DNA of 45,115 nt from a virus (taxonomy: Duplodnaviria; Caudoviricetes). The stretch spans positions 1 through 45,115 of the IMG/VR virus record IMGVR_UViG_3300044475_000013, one strand, 5' to 3'. The position numbers were made by a program, and so were the translations under genes. The notes below the pieces were generated by a model. It was not told the DNA's origin. It did not search any database and saw only the letters and a list, made by a program, of their open reading frames with translations. The stretch's first letter is position 1, and every line of letters starts with the position of its first letter. Positions 10,169 through 20,115 of the stretch are shown here, one piece after another.

Positions 10169-11715
10169 TACTGTATTGCTCCTTGTAGGGCTTGGCTAGT
10201 ATCCATTGGATTACCAGCTTGGGTAGCAGGGTCAAGTTGTGACATAGCTGCTTGGTTTGCATCTGTCTGTTTCTGAAGTGCTTCTGGAGTTAGGAAGTAA
10301 TCCTTAGTATTCAAACCAAAGGATTCCATTACCCGATCAACTACCGCCTCAGTATCGAACCGAGCACTAATCTGTTTCATTGCAGGCACAATGGCAGCAA
10401 GGATTTGAACAGCTTGTGTCAGGTTATTAACTTCAGCAGCACGACCTAAAGCGGCTAGACCAGTGAGTACCTTCAGCTTGATATTCTTATTCAATAGGGA
10501 ACCGATAAGCTTCGGCTCAACCTCATGTGTAAGAACATAAGACAACGGAAGATGAATACCCTCAGCAAGCCGGGAGTAAACACCACCTAGAGTCTTATCA
10601 GCCTCAGCAGCATTCTGTCGAATTTCTTCGGCAGTAACACGCTCTGCATCACGGATATTACCCGCGTACATAAAGGCAGTACCAAGTCGTTGGAACACTG
10701 TCTGAATATCATCCAGCAAACTCTTGATGAATTGGAATTCACCACCAGAATGCTTCTTGATTGCTTCAGGGTCGCCGTACACGTATTCACCAATCTCAGC
10801 ATCATTCATGCTGTCAAGGTCAACCGTACTACCGGGCTTAACAAGGTTCACTACTTTACATGCATCAATCTCATATAGAGTCAGAGCACGGGAAAGGTCA
10901 GATAGCTTTGCGAAGTCACCTGCATAATCTTCCACATGACTACGGCCATAACTGTCACCATTAATATGGTTCCAGACAACCGGAATATACGGGCAGAGTT
11001 TCTCAGGGTAGATGCTACGCTTACCTACGTCGATACCGTTTACCTGTTGGGAAACAATATAGACAATACCTTTCTTGCGTACCTCTCGTTTAATGCGTGT
11101 CCAGACAACTACTTCATCAGTGTCTTTGTGTTCCCCACGCGGGATTACATCCATGAGTTCTATCGGCAATGAACCGTAGGTAAGAATCTCTTTTACAATG
11201 ATGTCCAGAACATTACCGGAACGATCACGGTGCATGGTGTAATTGTGCAAACTGAATACGGTGAACTTCTCTTCGCTGCGATACAGCAAAGCGTTACCTG
11301 TAATAATCAGAAAGCGCAGGGCTTGAATCATTTGTGCATACGCTGCATTCAGGAATAGCTGACCACAGGCTTCTCGTTCGATTTCAATGACACGGGCCTT
11401 AGCAGCCTTTTCATCAAAGTCTCGGTTCTGTCGCAGCATCTTCTGAAACTCTTCATCCACAGAAATGCGGAAGAAAGATTGATTAGCTGGGAACAAAGAA
11501 CTACATAGTTTCGTTGCGAGGTTATTAACCAGCAATGCACCCATGCTTTGATAGTCATGTTCGATACGGTGATTCTGTCGAGTTTTGCCGAGGCGGAGTC
11601 TTGGGAATACAGATGGAATAGTCCACACTGCATAGCTCTCAAGTTCCAGTACCATAGCATCGTCACGATATTCGTTATACAGCGCCTCGAAGTTGATGGG
11701 CGCAAGGTCTGACAT
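10168..11715 (-). CDS. Portal (head-tail connector)
   Basis: 515 aa; GA.LVNNLA.KL..SLFP, YGRS.VE and RDAERVTAEEIR..LGGVYS motifs. Confidence 0.95.
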   Translation of the reverse strand: MSDLAPINFEALYNEYRDDAMVLELESYAVWTIPSVFPRLRLGKTRQNHRIEHDYQSMGALLVNNLATKLCSSLFPANQSFFRISVDEEFQKMLRQNRDFDEKAAKARVIEIEREACGQLFLNAAYAQMIQALRFLIITGNALLYRSEEKFTVFSLHNYTMHRDRSGNVLDIIVKEILTYGSLPIELMDVIPRGEHKDTDEVVVWTRIKREVRKKGIVYIVSQQVNGIDVGKRSIYPEKLCPYIPVVWNHINGDSYGRSHVEDYAGDFAKLSDLSRALTLYEIDACKVVNLVKPGSTVDLDSMNDAEIGEYVYGDPEAIKKHSGGEFQFIKSLLDDIQTVFQRLGTAFMYAGNIRDAERVTAEEIRQNAAEADKTLGGVYSRLAEGIHLPLSYVLTHEVEPKLIGSLLNKNIKLKVLTGLAALGRAAEVNNLTQAVQILAAIVPAMKQISARFDTEAVVDRVMESFGLNTKDYFLTPEALQKQTDANQAAMSQLDPATQAGNPMDTSQALQGAIQ

Positions 11716-11990
11716 TACAGACCCAATGCGCTAGAAATACCACCAGCTCCAGTTTGTTTCTTTTTCTGAGTCGAGTCGATGTTAGCAGCAGCGGCCAGCG
11801 CGTCACCGGAGTTAACCTTAGTGACATTATCCAGACTCTTATTGGAATCTAGCTTCGCTTGTTCAGCCTGTTGCTTTGCTTGAGCTTCGTAGACATCACG
11901 TTGGGCACGAGCTTGTGCCTCAGCATTCGATTCAGCATTGGAATTGGTCAGACCAATACCATCAGTAATTTTGGTAACTGCACCACCCAT
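11715..11990 (-). CDS. Small virion/assembly protein upstream of the portal
   Basis: MGG start after AGGAG RBS; Ala/Gln-rich, ending KKK...SALGL, typical for this position. Confidence 0.65.
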   Translation of the reverse strand: MGGAVTKITDGIGLTNSNAESNAEAQARAQRDVYEAQAKQQAEQAKLDSNKSLDNVTKVNSGDALAAAANIDSTQKKKQTGAGGISSALGL

Positions 11991-11998
11991 ATAATCTC

Positions 11999-12421
11999 CT
12001 AATGAATAGGCCGATAGGTGCTTTCGTACTTTAGGGGAGCAACACGTCGCGTGGTATAAAACCATTTGCAACCATTACTTTTACCCAGCCTGTGTAGTCC
12101 ACGCCGGAGACGACTGAGAGCCACATGACTTGTACTCAGTGTCAGGAAAACTTGGAGCACGGAGCCATCAACATGTGGGTCATAGTTGTCGATCTGTGCG
12201 ATAGACAATGCAATACCCTCAGCAGTTTCCACATAGGCTACGTCAGCATGTTCAGCCCAGCGACAGAAACATTCAATTTGTCTAGCTTCCATTTGTCTTT
12301 CGATTTCAGGGAGTAAACCATTGACTGCTGCCTGATGGATTGCCCTAGTAGCAAGATCACGTATCGCAAGGACATCATGCTTACCACTAAGGATACTAAT
12401 CGTGGACACGTTTCTCACCAC
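11999..12421 (-). CDS. Hypothetical protein, possibly GNAT-like
   Basis: 140 aa; same position as putative acetyltransferases of phiKMV-like phages; start uncertain. Confidence 0.45.
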   Translation of the reverse strand: MVRNVSTISILSGKHDVLAIRDLATRAIHQAAVNGLLPEIERQMEARQIECFCRWAEHADVAYVETAEGIALSIAQIDNYDPHVDGSVLQVFLTLSTSHVALSRLRRGLHRLGKSNGCKWFYTTRRVAPLKYESTYRPIH

Positions 12422-12572
12422 GCTTAATCATGTTTCGGATGTACTGGATAACTTCCCGTTGACCGGTTCGGACAAGCAGCTTATTCGTATCACCATCATA
12501 TGACGGTTCAGGGAACATTGCTTCCAGATCGGCAAGGTGTTTCTCAGTCCAACCTACTGTCGGGATACTCAT
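12396..12572 (-). CDS. Small conserved-position protein, first late gene
   Basis: 58 aa from ATG 12572 with GGAG RBS; LE.MFPE and GQREVI motifs. Confidence 0.65.
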   Translation of the reverse strand: MSIPTVGWTEKHLADLEAMFPEPSYDGDTNKLLVRTGQREVIQYIRNMIKRGEKRVHD

Positions 12573-12593
12573 GAATTTCTCCAAAAGTTGATT

Positions 12594-12613
12594 CCCACTG
12601 ATACCTGTGACTT
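12594..12613 (-). promoter_or_regulatory. Candidate phage RNAP late promoter AAGTCACAGGTATCAGTGGG
   Basis: 19/20 identical to 30751-30770; 16/17 core match to 35446-35462; directly upstream of the structural block. Confidence 0.75.
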
Positions 12614-12618
12614 TTAGT

Positions 12619-12649
12619 AAAAGCACCTGTGACAAAAAGTCACAAGTGC
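12619..12649 (-). terminator. Terminator after the canonical RNAP gene
   Basis: GCACUUGUGAC-UUUUU-GUCACAGGUGC-UUUU. Confidence 0.7.
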
Positions 12650-12663
12650 CATTTACTGTTATT

Positions 12664-15075
12664 TCAGCAGAACATGAAGCGGGATTTTAGTACAACAGTA
12701 ACATCCAGATTGCCATCGAGTGGACGCTCTGGAACGGGTACACCTTCTGGGAAGAACTCGAGTAAACGCTGGGTAACGTCTTCTTGGTACATGTTCGCAA
12801 AGGTGCTACGCAATGAAATGTGCAATGAATCTACATCACACATATGAGTCCCGAAGGAATCATGAATTGGAACGATCTGACCAGCAAAATGATTGATAGT
12901 CATACACAGGTGCGCGCTATCCAGACTATGCACAAAGTTCGGACTGATACCATTGGCTGCGGTTTGCTTGTCGTATTCACCAGTACGCTTACGCATGGTA
13001 ATGGCGACAACACCCATACTACGAATGGCCATCTGTTTAACTTCATGAATCTCAGACCAGTTCAATACCGGAATACCTACCGGACTGAACCAGCGCATAG
13101 GGTCAGGATTTCTACGTGTCAGAGCTTGCAGATACTTCATACCCTCTGCCGCAGCAGGAACAATATCCTCAACAGCATGGCGTAGAGCTTTTGCAACGGG
13201 TACTGACATTTTGTGATAGGTGTAATCTGGAATCTTATCAGCACCAGACTTCATCAGATCATCAGTAACATATTGCAGTGTGCTCATAAGTGTACTGCCA
13301 TAGACATAAGTCATGACAGGTCGCTTTGCCATACTGCGGGGAATCGGACGTAGCTGCCAGAACTGCTGGAGCACTGTATCGCCTTCACAGAAGTCTTGAA
13401 TCAATGGTGCAGCTAATGCACTGGTTGCAGTGTAGATATCAGCTTTCTCGTCAGTTTCCGAATCAATTAGATTCGTGTACTTAGCACCAATGGGGTCACG
13501 GAACATAGCACTGAAGTGCTGTAGCCCCGAGCAAGTAGCATCTTGGGCACAAGGTACGTGGCAGATGTAATCTTCTGGGTATTCCATTTCGAGAGCTTCC
13601 TGTAGAGCTAAACCAGCAGCCAACAGCGTGAATGCTGTATCTTCCTCTGGCGGTTCTACATTCAACGGGTCATTGATGAAGTCACGAATGAAACCCCAAT
13701 TCTCTTCTGTCCATTTAGCTCGTAAGTGAAAGTCCTTCTTGTCATAACCACAGCAATTTGCTACGTGTACTTTTAACCAGAACAAACCACGCGCACCTAG
13801 AGCTTTACCTTCTGCGAACTCAAGGATGCCTTTTACCATGTCGTGAGACTGCGGGTTCAAAGCACTGCGGAAATACAAGCGACCTCTCCAGTCAAAGAAG
13901 CAGGGGAAGTAAATACGCTCTTCATTCAGATACTTTTTAGTTTCGTTGAGTTTCTGAATCAGACCGATCTTTTTACCATTGCGATGTTTCTCAGTGGTGT
14001 ACCAGTCTTTCATCTGGTCTTTCCACTCTTGAAAGATTTCTAGTTCTTTCGGTGTCGCTTTCTTCCTGATCCAGTCATCGTCAAATGGGAACGCTGGTTG
14101 TGGCGCAGAACCATGAGGCGGTAGACCAAGAATACCACGAGGATTTGCCAAGGCTTGAGCCGCAACACGTTGTACCTCTTTGTTGATTCTGTACGGAACA
14201 GACTGTGCTTTATTAGCTGCATCCTTTGCAGCACGGGCACAACCTTCGGACAGATTGTTAATTACCCAATTCCGTTGCTTCTTAGACATACCGCGAATGG
14301 TCATCATTGGAGAATGCACAGCTAGTTCATCCGTGATGTAACCACCTTGATAATGGTTTGTCCATGGACGCGGTTCTACTAGCATTGCAGGGAATCGAAT
14401 AATAGCATTAGCAGCTTCAACTGCTTTGCTCAAATGTTTCTCTAATGCTTCAGATGCTTTGATTGCTTTGTACGGATCACCACGACCTGACGGCAGATCA
14501 AACCACTCGAATAGACCTAGCTCGAAAAGACAGATCAGAAGTAAACGCGCTGTGCCAATCTTTTCATCAGAAGTCCACGGATCAATATCCAATCCAATAT
14601 CCTTAGCACCAGTCCGGTACTTTCGTTGGATATGCGAAATTGAACGTGACGCTTCCTTCTTAACTTGTGCTTCAACCTTCTCGACGTAATACGGATTGAT
14701 GTCAATGATCTTGTCGATCACAGACTCAGTTTCGATTGCGCGTCCGATGTCCCGAAGAACATCCTGCATTAGCATTACATCCGGTCTGGCACAAGCAGCG
14801 ATGATATGGCGAATACCGAGGATACATAGAATCTCAGGGCGTACCCGTCGAAGCATTGCACGATATTTACCACCCGGCCCTGCTGTCCTAGTTTCGAGCA
14901 TTTGCTGTACCAATGGCAAACCATCTTCAAACGCTCTGAGCAGCAGTCGTTTACCGACTCCTGTGTCGTCGGCTCGTCCCTGTTGGAACGCTTCCTGCAT
15001 TTGTTGAATACCACGGAGCATACCTTCATTTGTAGCGGCAAGCTCCATTTCTATTTGCCTGTTCAGCAATGTCAT
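12664..15075 (-). CDS. T7-family single-subunit RNA polymerase (canonical, phiKMV-type position)
   Basis: 803 aa; DWRGRLY, DATCSGLQH, RSMAKRPVMTYVYG, PNFVHSLD, IHDSFG, C-terminal FMFC. Confidence 0.98.
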   Translation of the reverse strand: MTLLNRQIEMELAATNEGMLRGIQQMQEAFQQGRADDTGVGKRLLLRAFEDGLPLVQQMLETRTAGPGGKYRAMLRRVRPEILCILGIRHIIAACARPDVMLMQDVLRDIGRAIETESVIDKIIDINPYYVEKVEAQVKKEASRSISHIQRKYRTGAKDIGLDIDPWTSDEKIGTARLLLICLFELGLFEWFDLPSGRGDPYKAIKASEALEKHLSKAVEAANAIIRFPAMLVEPRPWTNHYQGGYITDELAVHSPMMTIRGMSKKQRNWVINNLSEGCARAAKDAANKAQSVPYRINKEVQRVAAQALANPRGILGLPPHGSAPQPAFPFDDDWIRKKATPKELEIFQEWKDQMKDWYTTEKHRNGKKIGLIQKLNETKKYLNEERIYFPCFFDWRGRLYFRSALNPQSHDMVKGILEFAEGKALGARGLFWLKVHVANCCGYDKKDFHLRAKWTEENWGFIRDFINDPLNVEPPEEDTAFTLLAAGLALQEALEMEYPEDYICHVPCAQDATCSGLQHFSAMFRDPIGAKYTNLIDSETDEKADIYTATSALAAPLIQDFCEGDTVLQQFWQLRPIPRSMAKRPVMTYVYGSTLMSTLQYVTDDLMKSGADKIPDYTYHKMSVPVAKALRHAVEDIVPAAAEGMKYLQALTRRNPDPMRWFSPVGIPVLNWSEIHEVKQMAIRSMGVVAITMRKRTGEYDKQTAANGISPNFVHSLDSAHLCMTINHFAGQIVPIHDSFGTHMCDVDSLHISLRSTFANMYQEDVTQRLLEFFPEGVPVPERPLDGNLDVTVVLKSRFMFC

Positions 15076-15084
15076 CCTGTGTCC

Positions 15085-15387
15085 TTAAAAGGGAATAAAC
15101 TCCACGTCTTTCCACGGCGACACGTACACTTGATCCCCGATATAAATCAGCCGGAATGCAGTGTATTCTGCCAACCACTTTTCGTACTGTTCAGCTTTCG
15201 CTGTGTCCTTCTCAACTGACTGACCTTCTTTCAGACCAGCCCGTGCTCGGTACTTGATACTGTTACCCTTCAGGAAACCTTTGAATTCATCAGGTGTGAA
15301 CTCACGTAGCATCTTCAGGATAGGTTGATCATTACCAAGCTGATTGTAGTGCGGGGAAGTTTCCGCAGTGCCTTTGTCTACTGACAT
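15085..15387 (-). CDS. DUF3310-family protein (T7 gp1.7 nucleotide kinase-like)
   Basis: PHY...EFKGFLKGNSIKY..RAG.K...D..KA..Y pattern. Confidence 0.8.
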   Translation of the reverse strand: MSVDKGTAETSPHYNQLGNDQPILKMLREFTPDEFKGFLKGNSIKYRARAGLKEGQSVEKDTAKAEQYEKWLAEYTAFRLIYIGDQVYVSPWKDVEFIPF

Positions 15388-16022
15388 AATGCCTCCACAG
15401 AATGTGGGTAAACCTGTTCGAGGATAGGCTTCAGTTTCTCAGCGAACTCACGGGCAAAGGTTTGTGCATGCGAGTCGCTACGTTGTTGCCATACTCGATG
15501 AAAGAACAGGATACTACCTGTCCATACAATGTTTGTCATGGTATTCAGTGGGAGTACCAGACGTGCTTCTTCAGGTGCAATACCAACCTTGAGCATTTCA
15601 TTATAGAGTTCCAGACTCATTTGAGAATGTTCCTCCATAGCACTCAGATAACCGCGGCTGTAGTTATGCGTATCTGCACAACCTTGTTTAGCATTCTGTG
15701 GTCGGTTATGCAACTCCGTAGGCATCCAGAACTCAGGTTCGCTGTCGATGTAACGACGGGACTCTTCATTCCAGTTACCACCCACTTGATGCTTGACCAG
15801 TTGACGTGCCAGTGCCAGCGGAACCTTGCAACGAATAGTTACACAGGTATGCGCAAATGGACTCCAGTGTCCATGCTTGGCCAAGTAGTTCAACAGGCGT
15901 TGATCAGATTCAACATCAAATGTATAGACTTGTTTAGCAAAGCTAACACGGGCAGCGTTAACGACATTGATGTCACTACCCATGCTGTCTACCAATTCAA
16001 TTTCAATTGGTGCAATATTCAT
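15378..16022 (-). CDS. thyX: FAD-dependent thymidylate synthase
   Basis: VNAARVSF, HWSPFAH, RQLVKHQ..WNEESRRY, PEEAR.VLP, HAQ. Confidence 0.93.
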   Translation of the reverse strand: MNIAPIEIELVDSMGSDINVVNAARVSFAKQVYTFDVESDQRLLNYLAKHGHWSPFAHTCVTIRCKVPLALARQLVKHQVGGNWNEESRRYIDSEPEFWMPTELHNRPQNAKQGCADTHNYSRGYLSAMEEHSQMSLELYNEMLKVGIAPEEARLVLPLNTMTNIVWTGSILFFHRVWQQRSDSHAQTFAREFAEKLKPILEQVYPHSVEALCQ

Positions 16023-16972
16023 TAGTAAGTCCACTCACCAGTGAGATTGTTCTTGGCGTACTCAGTGCGACGACGTTCAAAGAAGTTACCATCTTCAACA
16101 CCACCCACAATCTGGTCAAACCAAGGGAACGGGTTCTTAGCAGTAATGTCATCTTCTGTGATACCAGCTTGACGCGCACGGCGCTGGGCTTGGAACATCA
16201 AGAATTCGATAACATCATGCAGCTCGATACCTTCGATTGCTTCACCATTGAAACAGTTCTTGGTGAACTGTACTACCAATGGCATCATCAGGGCTTCAAC
16301 TTCGTGGAAGAGTTTCAGTTTCTCTTTCGCAGATAACATGGCGAAAGCTTGGTCGCGCTTGATCAGTTCAGCAATACCTTGAACATGCAAATCTTCGTCG
16401 CGAATACTCCATGCCACAATAGTACAAGTACCATTGAACAGATTGAACCGTTGGAAATTCAGCAGCATTGCAAACAGACCGAACAGCATGGTACCTTCAC
16501 CTAGCAGAGAAGTTGCTACCATTCGACGGAAACGATCCTTGACGTTCTCACCCTTCCAGCGATTCATAGCTTCGTGCAGTTTCAGCAGAACAGGGTCTTG
16601 CATAAATGCACTAAAGATACCATCGCCTAGAGCCAGACTATCGGCCAGATAAGCATAACCAGTAACATGAATAGTTTCACGGTTGGTAAAGCCAACGAGC
16701 ATTTGTCGGATGTATAAGTCATCACGATAGTACCGGAGGTATTCGTCAATATAAGTGTTCTCAACTTCGATGTCAGCTTGAGTAAAGAACAGGGAAATGT
16801 TTTTGATGAAGTCACGCTGGGCTTGAGTTGCCTTTTCCTTCCAGTCTCGAATGTCATCGAGCATCGGAGTCTCTTCAGGCACCCAATGCAGGTGCTCATG
16901 CTTTTGCCAGAGTTCGTGCGCCCACACATTCGGGGACGCACGGAACACATGTTTAGTTTCAATGATGCTCAT
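16022..16972 (-). CDS. nrdB: Class I ribonucleotide reductase beta subunit
   Basis: FFTQAD, RETIH..Y, EG, RDE.LH di-iron motifs; NFFE.R.TEY tail. Confidence 0.95.
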   Translation of the reverse strand: MSIIETKHVFRASPNVWAHELWQKHEHLHWVPEETPMLDDIRDWKEKATQAQRDFIKNISLFFTQADIEVENTYIDEYLRYYRDDLYIRQMLVGFTNRETIHVTGYAYLADSLALGDGIFSAFMQDPVLLKLHEAMNRWKGENVKDRFRRMVATSLLGEGTMLFGLFAMLLNFQRFNLFNGTCTIVAWSIRDEDLHVQGIAELIKRDQAFAMLSAKEKLKLFHEVEALMMPLVVQFTKNCFNGEAIEGIELHDVIEFLMFQAQRRARQAGITEDDITAKNPFPWFDQIVGGVEDGNFFERRRTEYAKNNLTGEWTY

Positions 16973-17023
16973 GCACCACCAATACCTTCAGCCAAACCTG
17001 CACCTTCGATCAGTTGATCTGGA

Positions 17024-18772
17024 TCAGTTTGCACAGGCAAGACATTCATCAGTTGATACATCTTGTACGATTGCATGGACTTTGGTTCCTGTTGTTGCTT
17101 TATGGGATGATAGACCTTTGCTGTAATACAAAGACTTCAAACCCTTGTCAAAGGCTTCGCGGTGAACGCGGCTGTAGACACTCCGAGCTGTTCCCGGCGG
17201 AAAGTACAGATTGACAGACTGAGCTTGGCAGATGTTCGGTTGACGGTCAGCGGCATGCTGGACAATCCAACGTTGATCAAGTTCGTAGGCAGTCTTAAAG
17301 ACTTCTTTCTGATAGTCTGTAAGATATTCCAAATGCTGTACTGAACCTGCATTGATGATAATGCTTGTCCACTCAGATTCGGTGTCACGCCCCAGACTTT
17401 GAAGCAGGGCCTGTAGGTACTTGTTCTTCTCAACGAAAGTTCCGCTTGCAGACTTCCGAATGAATCCGTTTGCAGTGTACGGCTCGATACCGGGTGAAGC
17501 GTCAGCAAAGATGCTGGTACTGGCGTTCGGAGCAATTGCAAGCATGTGCGTGAAAGCAACCCACTTTTCCGGGTTTTCAGGGTAAGCCGCACGGCTAGCA
17601 CCAGAAGGCCCAACCACAGGCACAAGCTCTTTATTGGCAACAGCAGCAGCTTCAGCAATCGCTTTGAAGATTCGCTTGTTAGCTGAGACAGCCATTGCAG
17701 ACGCGAACGGAATGTTCTTTTGCTGTAGGTAGCTATGAAATCCGAGAGCACCAAGTCCGACGTCCCTGTAGAACTCTGCGTTCTTTCTCGCACTTTCAGC
17801 TCCCTCCAGACCAGAGGTAACGAAAGAATCAAGAACAAGCCAAAGATACAATAGGCAATCAGTAATGAATTGCTGAATACCGAAGGCACGGATGTCATCC
17901 CACTTTTCGATATTGAGACTTCCAAGACAGCAAACACCAGTAGCAGGTTCGCCGTTAGGGAGTTCCGTTGCCACAGTAATTTCAGTGCAAAGATTAGACG
18001 TGTAAACGGGTACATTCAAATCCTTCAAGATCTGAGGCCGTTGTGCCATCATGTTCGATTCGTCAATGATGTACGGCTCACCAGTGAAACTTCTGGTTTC
18101 CAGAATTAGTTCCCACAGTCGTCGAGCTTTGATCGTCTCTTTGATTTCCTTAGTATGCGGATCATACAAATGGAAGTCTTGATCAGTGGATACAGCATCC
18201 CGGAACTCTTGGTTGATGACTACACCATGATGCAGGTTCAAGTTCTTGCGATCAAGGTCACCACCAGTGGGCTTGCGCATTTCAATGAACTCTACAATCT
18301 CTGGGTGCCATACAGGCAAGAAGGAAGCATAGGAAGCACGGCGGGAACTACCTTGTGCAAAGGCTGTTACGAGACGATTAATAACAGACTGGAAGGGGAG
18401 CATCCCGTTGCTTCGACTACCTTTTGAAGTAGCACTACCAACAGTCCGCAGTTTGCCCCAATAAGAGCCAACGCCACCACCATTACTAGCAAGCCAGCCA
18501 GTCTCGGTATAGTGCCCAAGAATTCCCCGACGCGAGTCATGAACAGAACTGAGGAAACAAGCGATAGGATTACCGCGACCAGTATCAGCATTTGCCAGAA
18601 CAGGTGTGCTTCCCACAAACCACTGATTGTAAACATAGCGAAGCATCCGTTCTTTGTGTTCACCCGTGCAGTACGCAGTGATACTACGGGTGAAGATATC
18701 AGTAAGGGTGACATCCTGCGGGGCCATGTAGCGGTCCCGCAGAGTCTCCTGTGCAAATTTATTGAGTTGCAT
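17024..18772 (-). CDS. nrdA: Class I ribonucleotide reductase alpha subunit (short, no ATP cone apparent)
   Basis: TPVLAN, ACF, GGGVG, SNLCTEI, APNASTS, SLYY and C-terminal CLAC. Confidence 0.95.
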   Translation of the reverse strand: MQLNKFAQETLRDRYMAPQDVTLTDIFTRSITAYCTGEHKERMLRYVYNQWFVGSTPVLANADTGRGNPIACFLSSVHDSRRGILGHYTETGWLASNGGGVGSYWGKLRTVGSATSKGSRSNGMLPFQSVINRLVTAFAQGSSRRASYASFLPVWHPEIVEFIEMRKPTGGDLDRKNLNLHHGVVINQEFRDAVSTDQDFHLYDPHTKEIKETIKARRLWELILETRSFTGEPYIIDESNMMAQRPQILKDLNVPVYTSNLCTEITVATELPNGEPATGVCCLGSLNIEKWDDIRAFGIQQFITDCLLYLWLVLDSFVTSGLEGAESARKNAEFYRDVGLGALGFHSYLQQKNIPFASAMAVSANKRIFKAIAEAAAVANKELVPVVGPSGASRAAYPENPEKWVAFTHMLAIAPNASTSIFADASPGIEPYTANGFIRKSASGTFVEKNKYLQALLQSLGRDTESEWTSIIINAGSVQHLEYLTDYQKEVFKTAYELDQRWIVQHAADRQPNICQAQSVNLYFPPGTARSVYSRVHREAFDKGLKSLYYSKGLSSHKATTGTKVHAIVQDVSTDECLACAN

Positions 18773-19265
18773 AGAGTTTGCAAATCTCCTCGTAACGAGA
18801 GTCAGAACTCTTTACGAATACACCATTGTGCATGATACCAACTCGGTCTTTGATATCGTTCCATGCTTGCTCCAGACATTCCTCGAAGTCTATGCGTAGA
18901 TGGATTGCCAGAGCTTGGCAGTAGAACGGAATGTCAGTCCCTGCGTCATCATGACCATCCAGATAGTAAGCCCAATCACTAGCGATGTCCGACATAATAT
19001 CGTACTTATCACCCAGCATACTAGGGTGAGTAATGTCGGGCTGCGGTGAATCTGCACCGATGATGCTATTGACGATTACAGCAACAACACAGTTGTCACC
19101 AATGTCGTCCTTGATCTTGTCCAGATTACCCTTGGCCACATTGTCAGCCAGTTCACCAGCTTCACTCAGACCTTTTAGTGCTTGAGCTTGAGCAGTCGAG
19201 CCTTTGATCAGGTTACGAGCGTTAGCCCAACCCTTCACCTTCTCTACAAATTCTTCCCATTTCAT
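18759..19265 (-). CDS. MazG-like nucleotide pyrophosphohydrolase
   Basis: K..SE.GELA...DDIGD and AWNDIKDR.G.M.NGVFVK motifs. Confidence 0.8.
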   Translation of the reverse strand: MKWEEFVEKVKGWANARNLIKGSTAQAQALKGLSEAGELADNVAKGNLDKIKDDIGDNCVVAVIVNSIIGADSPQPDITHPSMLGDKYDIMSDIASDWAYYLDGHDDAGTDIPFYCQALAIHLRIDFEECLEQAWNDIKDRVGIMHNGVFVKSSDSRYEEICKLYATQ

Positions 19266-19564
19266 TGTGTCACCTTTTTGTACTCATAAGTTGTTACTGG
19301 TACTTGCTTTGCAAAGTACGGCGGACTTGCATAACCCCACTGCAAACCCCACTCTTTCTCTCGGTGGATTTCGAGTACCACATGAGTGGCGTCTGCCGGC
19401 TGAACCTGTGTCAAACCAATGCTAGGCAGCACGGTAGCCAGATCAGTCATGTTCCGAATGTCCACTACGAGTTTACCGTATTCATCACCATGATCATCGG
19501 TGTCGATGTGTTCCCAATTAGCATCCTCGAAGAACTCACGCCACTTATTATGCAACTCGTTCAT
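19262..19564 (-). CDS. Hypothetical protein
   Basis: 100 aa; start and stop overlap both neighbours. Confidence 0.7.
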   Translation of the reverse strand: MNELHNKWREFFEDANWEHIDTDDHGDEYGKLVVDIRNMTDLATVLPSIGLTQVQPADATHVVLEIHREKEWGLQWGYASPPYFAKQVPVTTYEYKKVTQ

Positions 19565-20115
19565 TTGCCTTCCTTTCGTTCTTTGGCCATACGTTCTCTG
19601 GCACGTTTAAGGGCTGCTTCTTTATTACGTTTAACGCGAGCAGCATCAGCTTTTTCTTTGGCTGTCTTGTGGTCGGGGTACATGATACCGCAGCCATCAG
19701 ATTCAAGATAATCCGCGAGGTTACGTAACCAAGGAATAATCTTATTGTAATCCATACCAAGACCAGTCCAACGACCAACAGCATTGGCAACTTTACCCTC
19801 CGCACCATTGCAACCGCGATGCAGCACACCACGGATTTCGCCAGTGTAATGATCATGGTCAACTACGTAAGCAGAAGCGTGACCCTTAGTTGTCAGGGAA
19901 ATCGGTTGCTTGCACAGTGGACACAGACCGCCTTGTTTACTCTTGATCATACCGATAGCGTAGGCTCGCAATTGTGAACGCGAAATCTTTCGGAGTTGTT
20001 TTTGCTTGATCAGTGGAGCGGGAGCCACCGGAGGTGGTGGCGCTATCTTAGCTACAGTGGGTACTACGGGAGGTGCTGGATGTTGCATCCGATTTCCTTC
20101 CTGAACTTTTCCCAC
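19561..20115 (-). CDS. Recombination endonuclease VII-like Holliday junction resolvase
   Basis: CPLC...VDHDH.TG.IRGVLHRGCN..EG; true start may be 20088. Confidence 0.9.
   Translation of the reverse strand: MGKVQEGNRMQHPAPPVVPTVAKIAPPPPVAPAPLIKQKQLRKISRSQLRAYAIGMIKSKQGGLCPLCKQPISLTTKGHASAYVVDHDHYTGEIRGVLHRGCNGAEGKVANAVGRWTGLGMDYNKIIPWLRNLADYLESDGCGIMYPDHKTAKEKADAARVKRNKEAALKRARERMAKERKEGK

Noticed and set aside
17137-18015. 292-aa alternate-frame ORF inside nrdA
   Set aside because: Leu/Ser-rich off-frame pattern, fully nested in a conserved gene.
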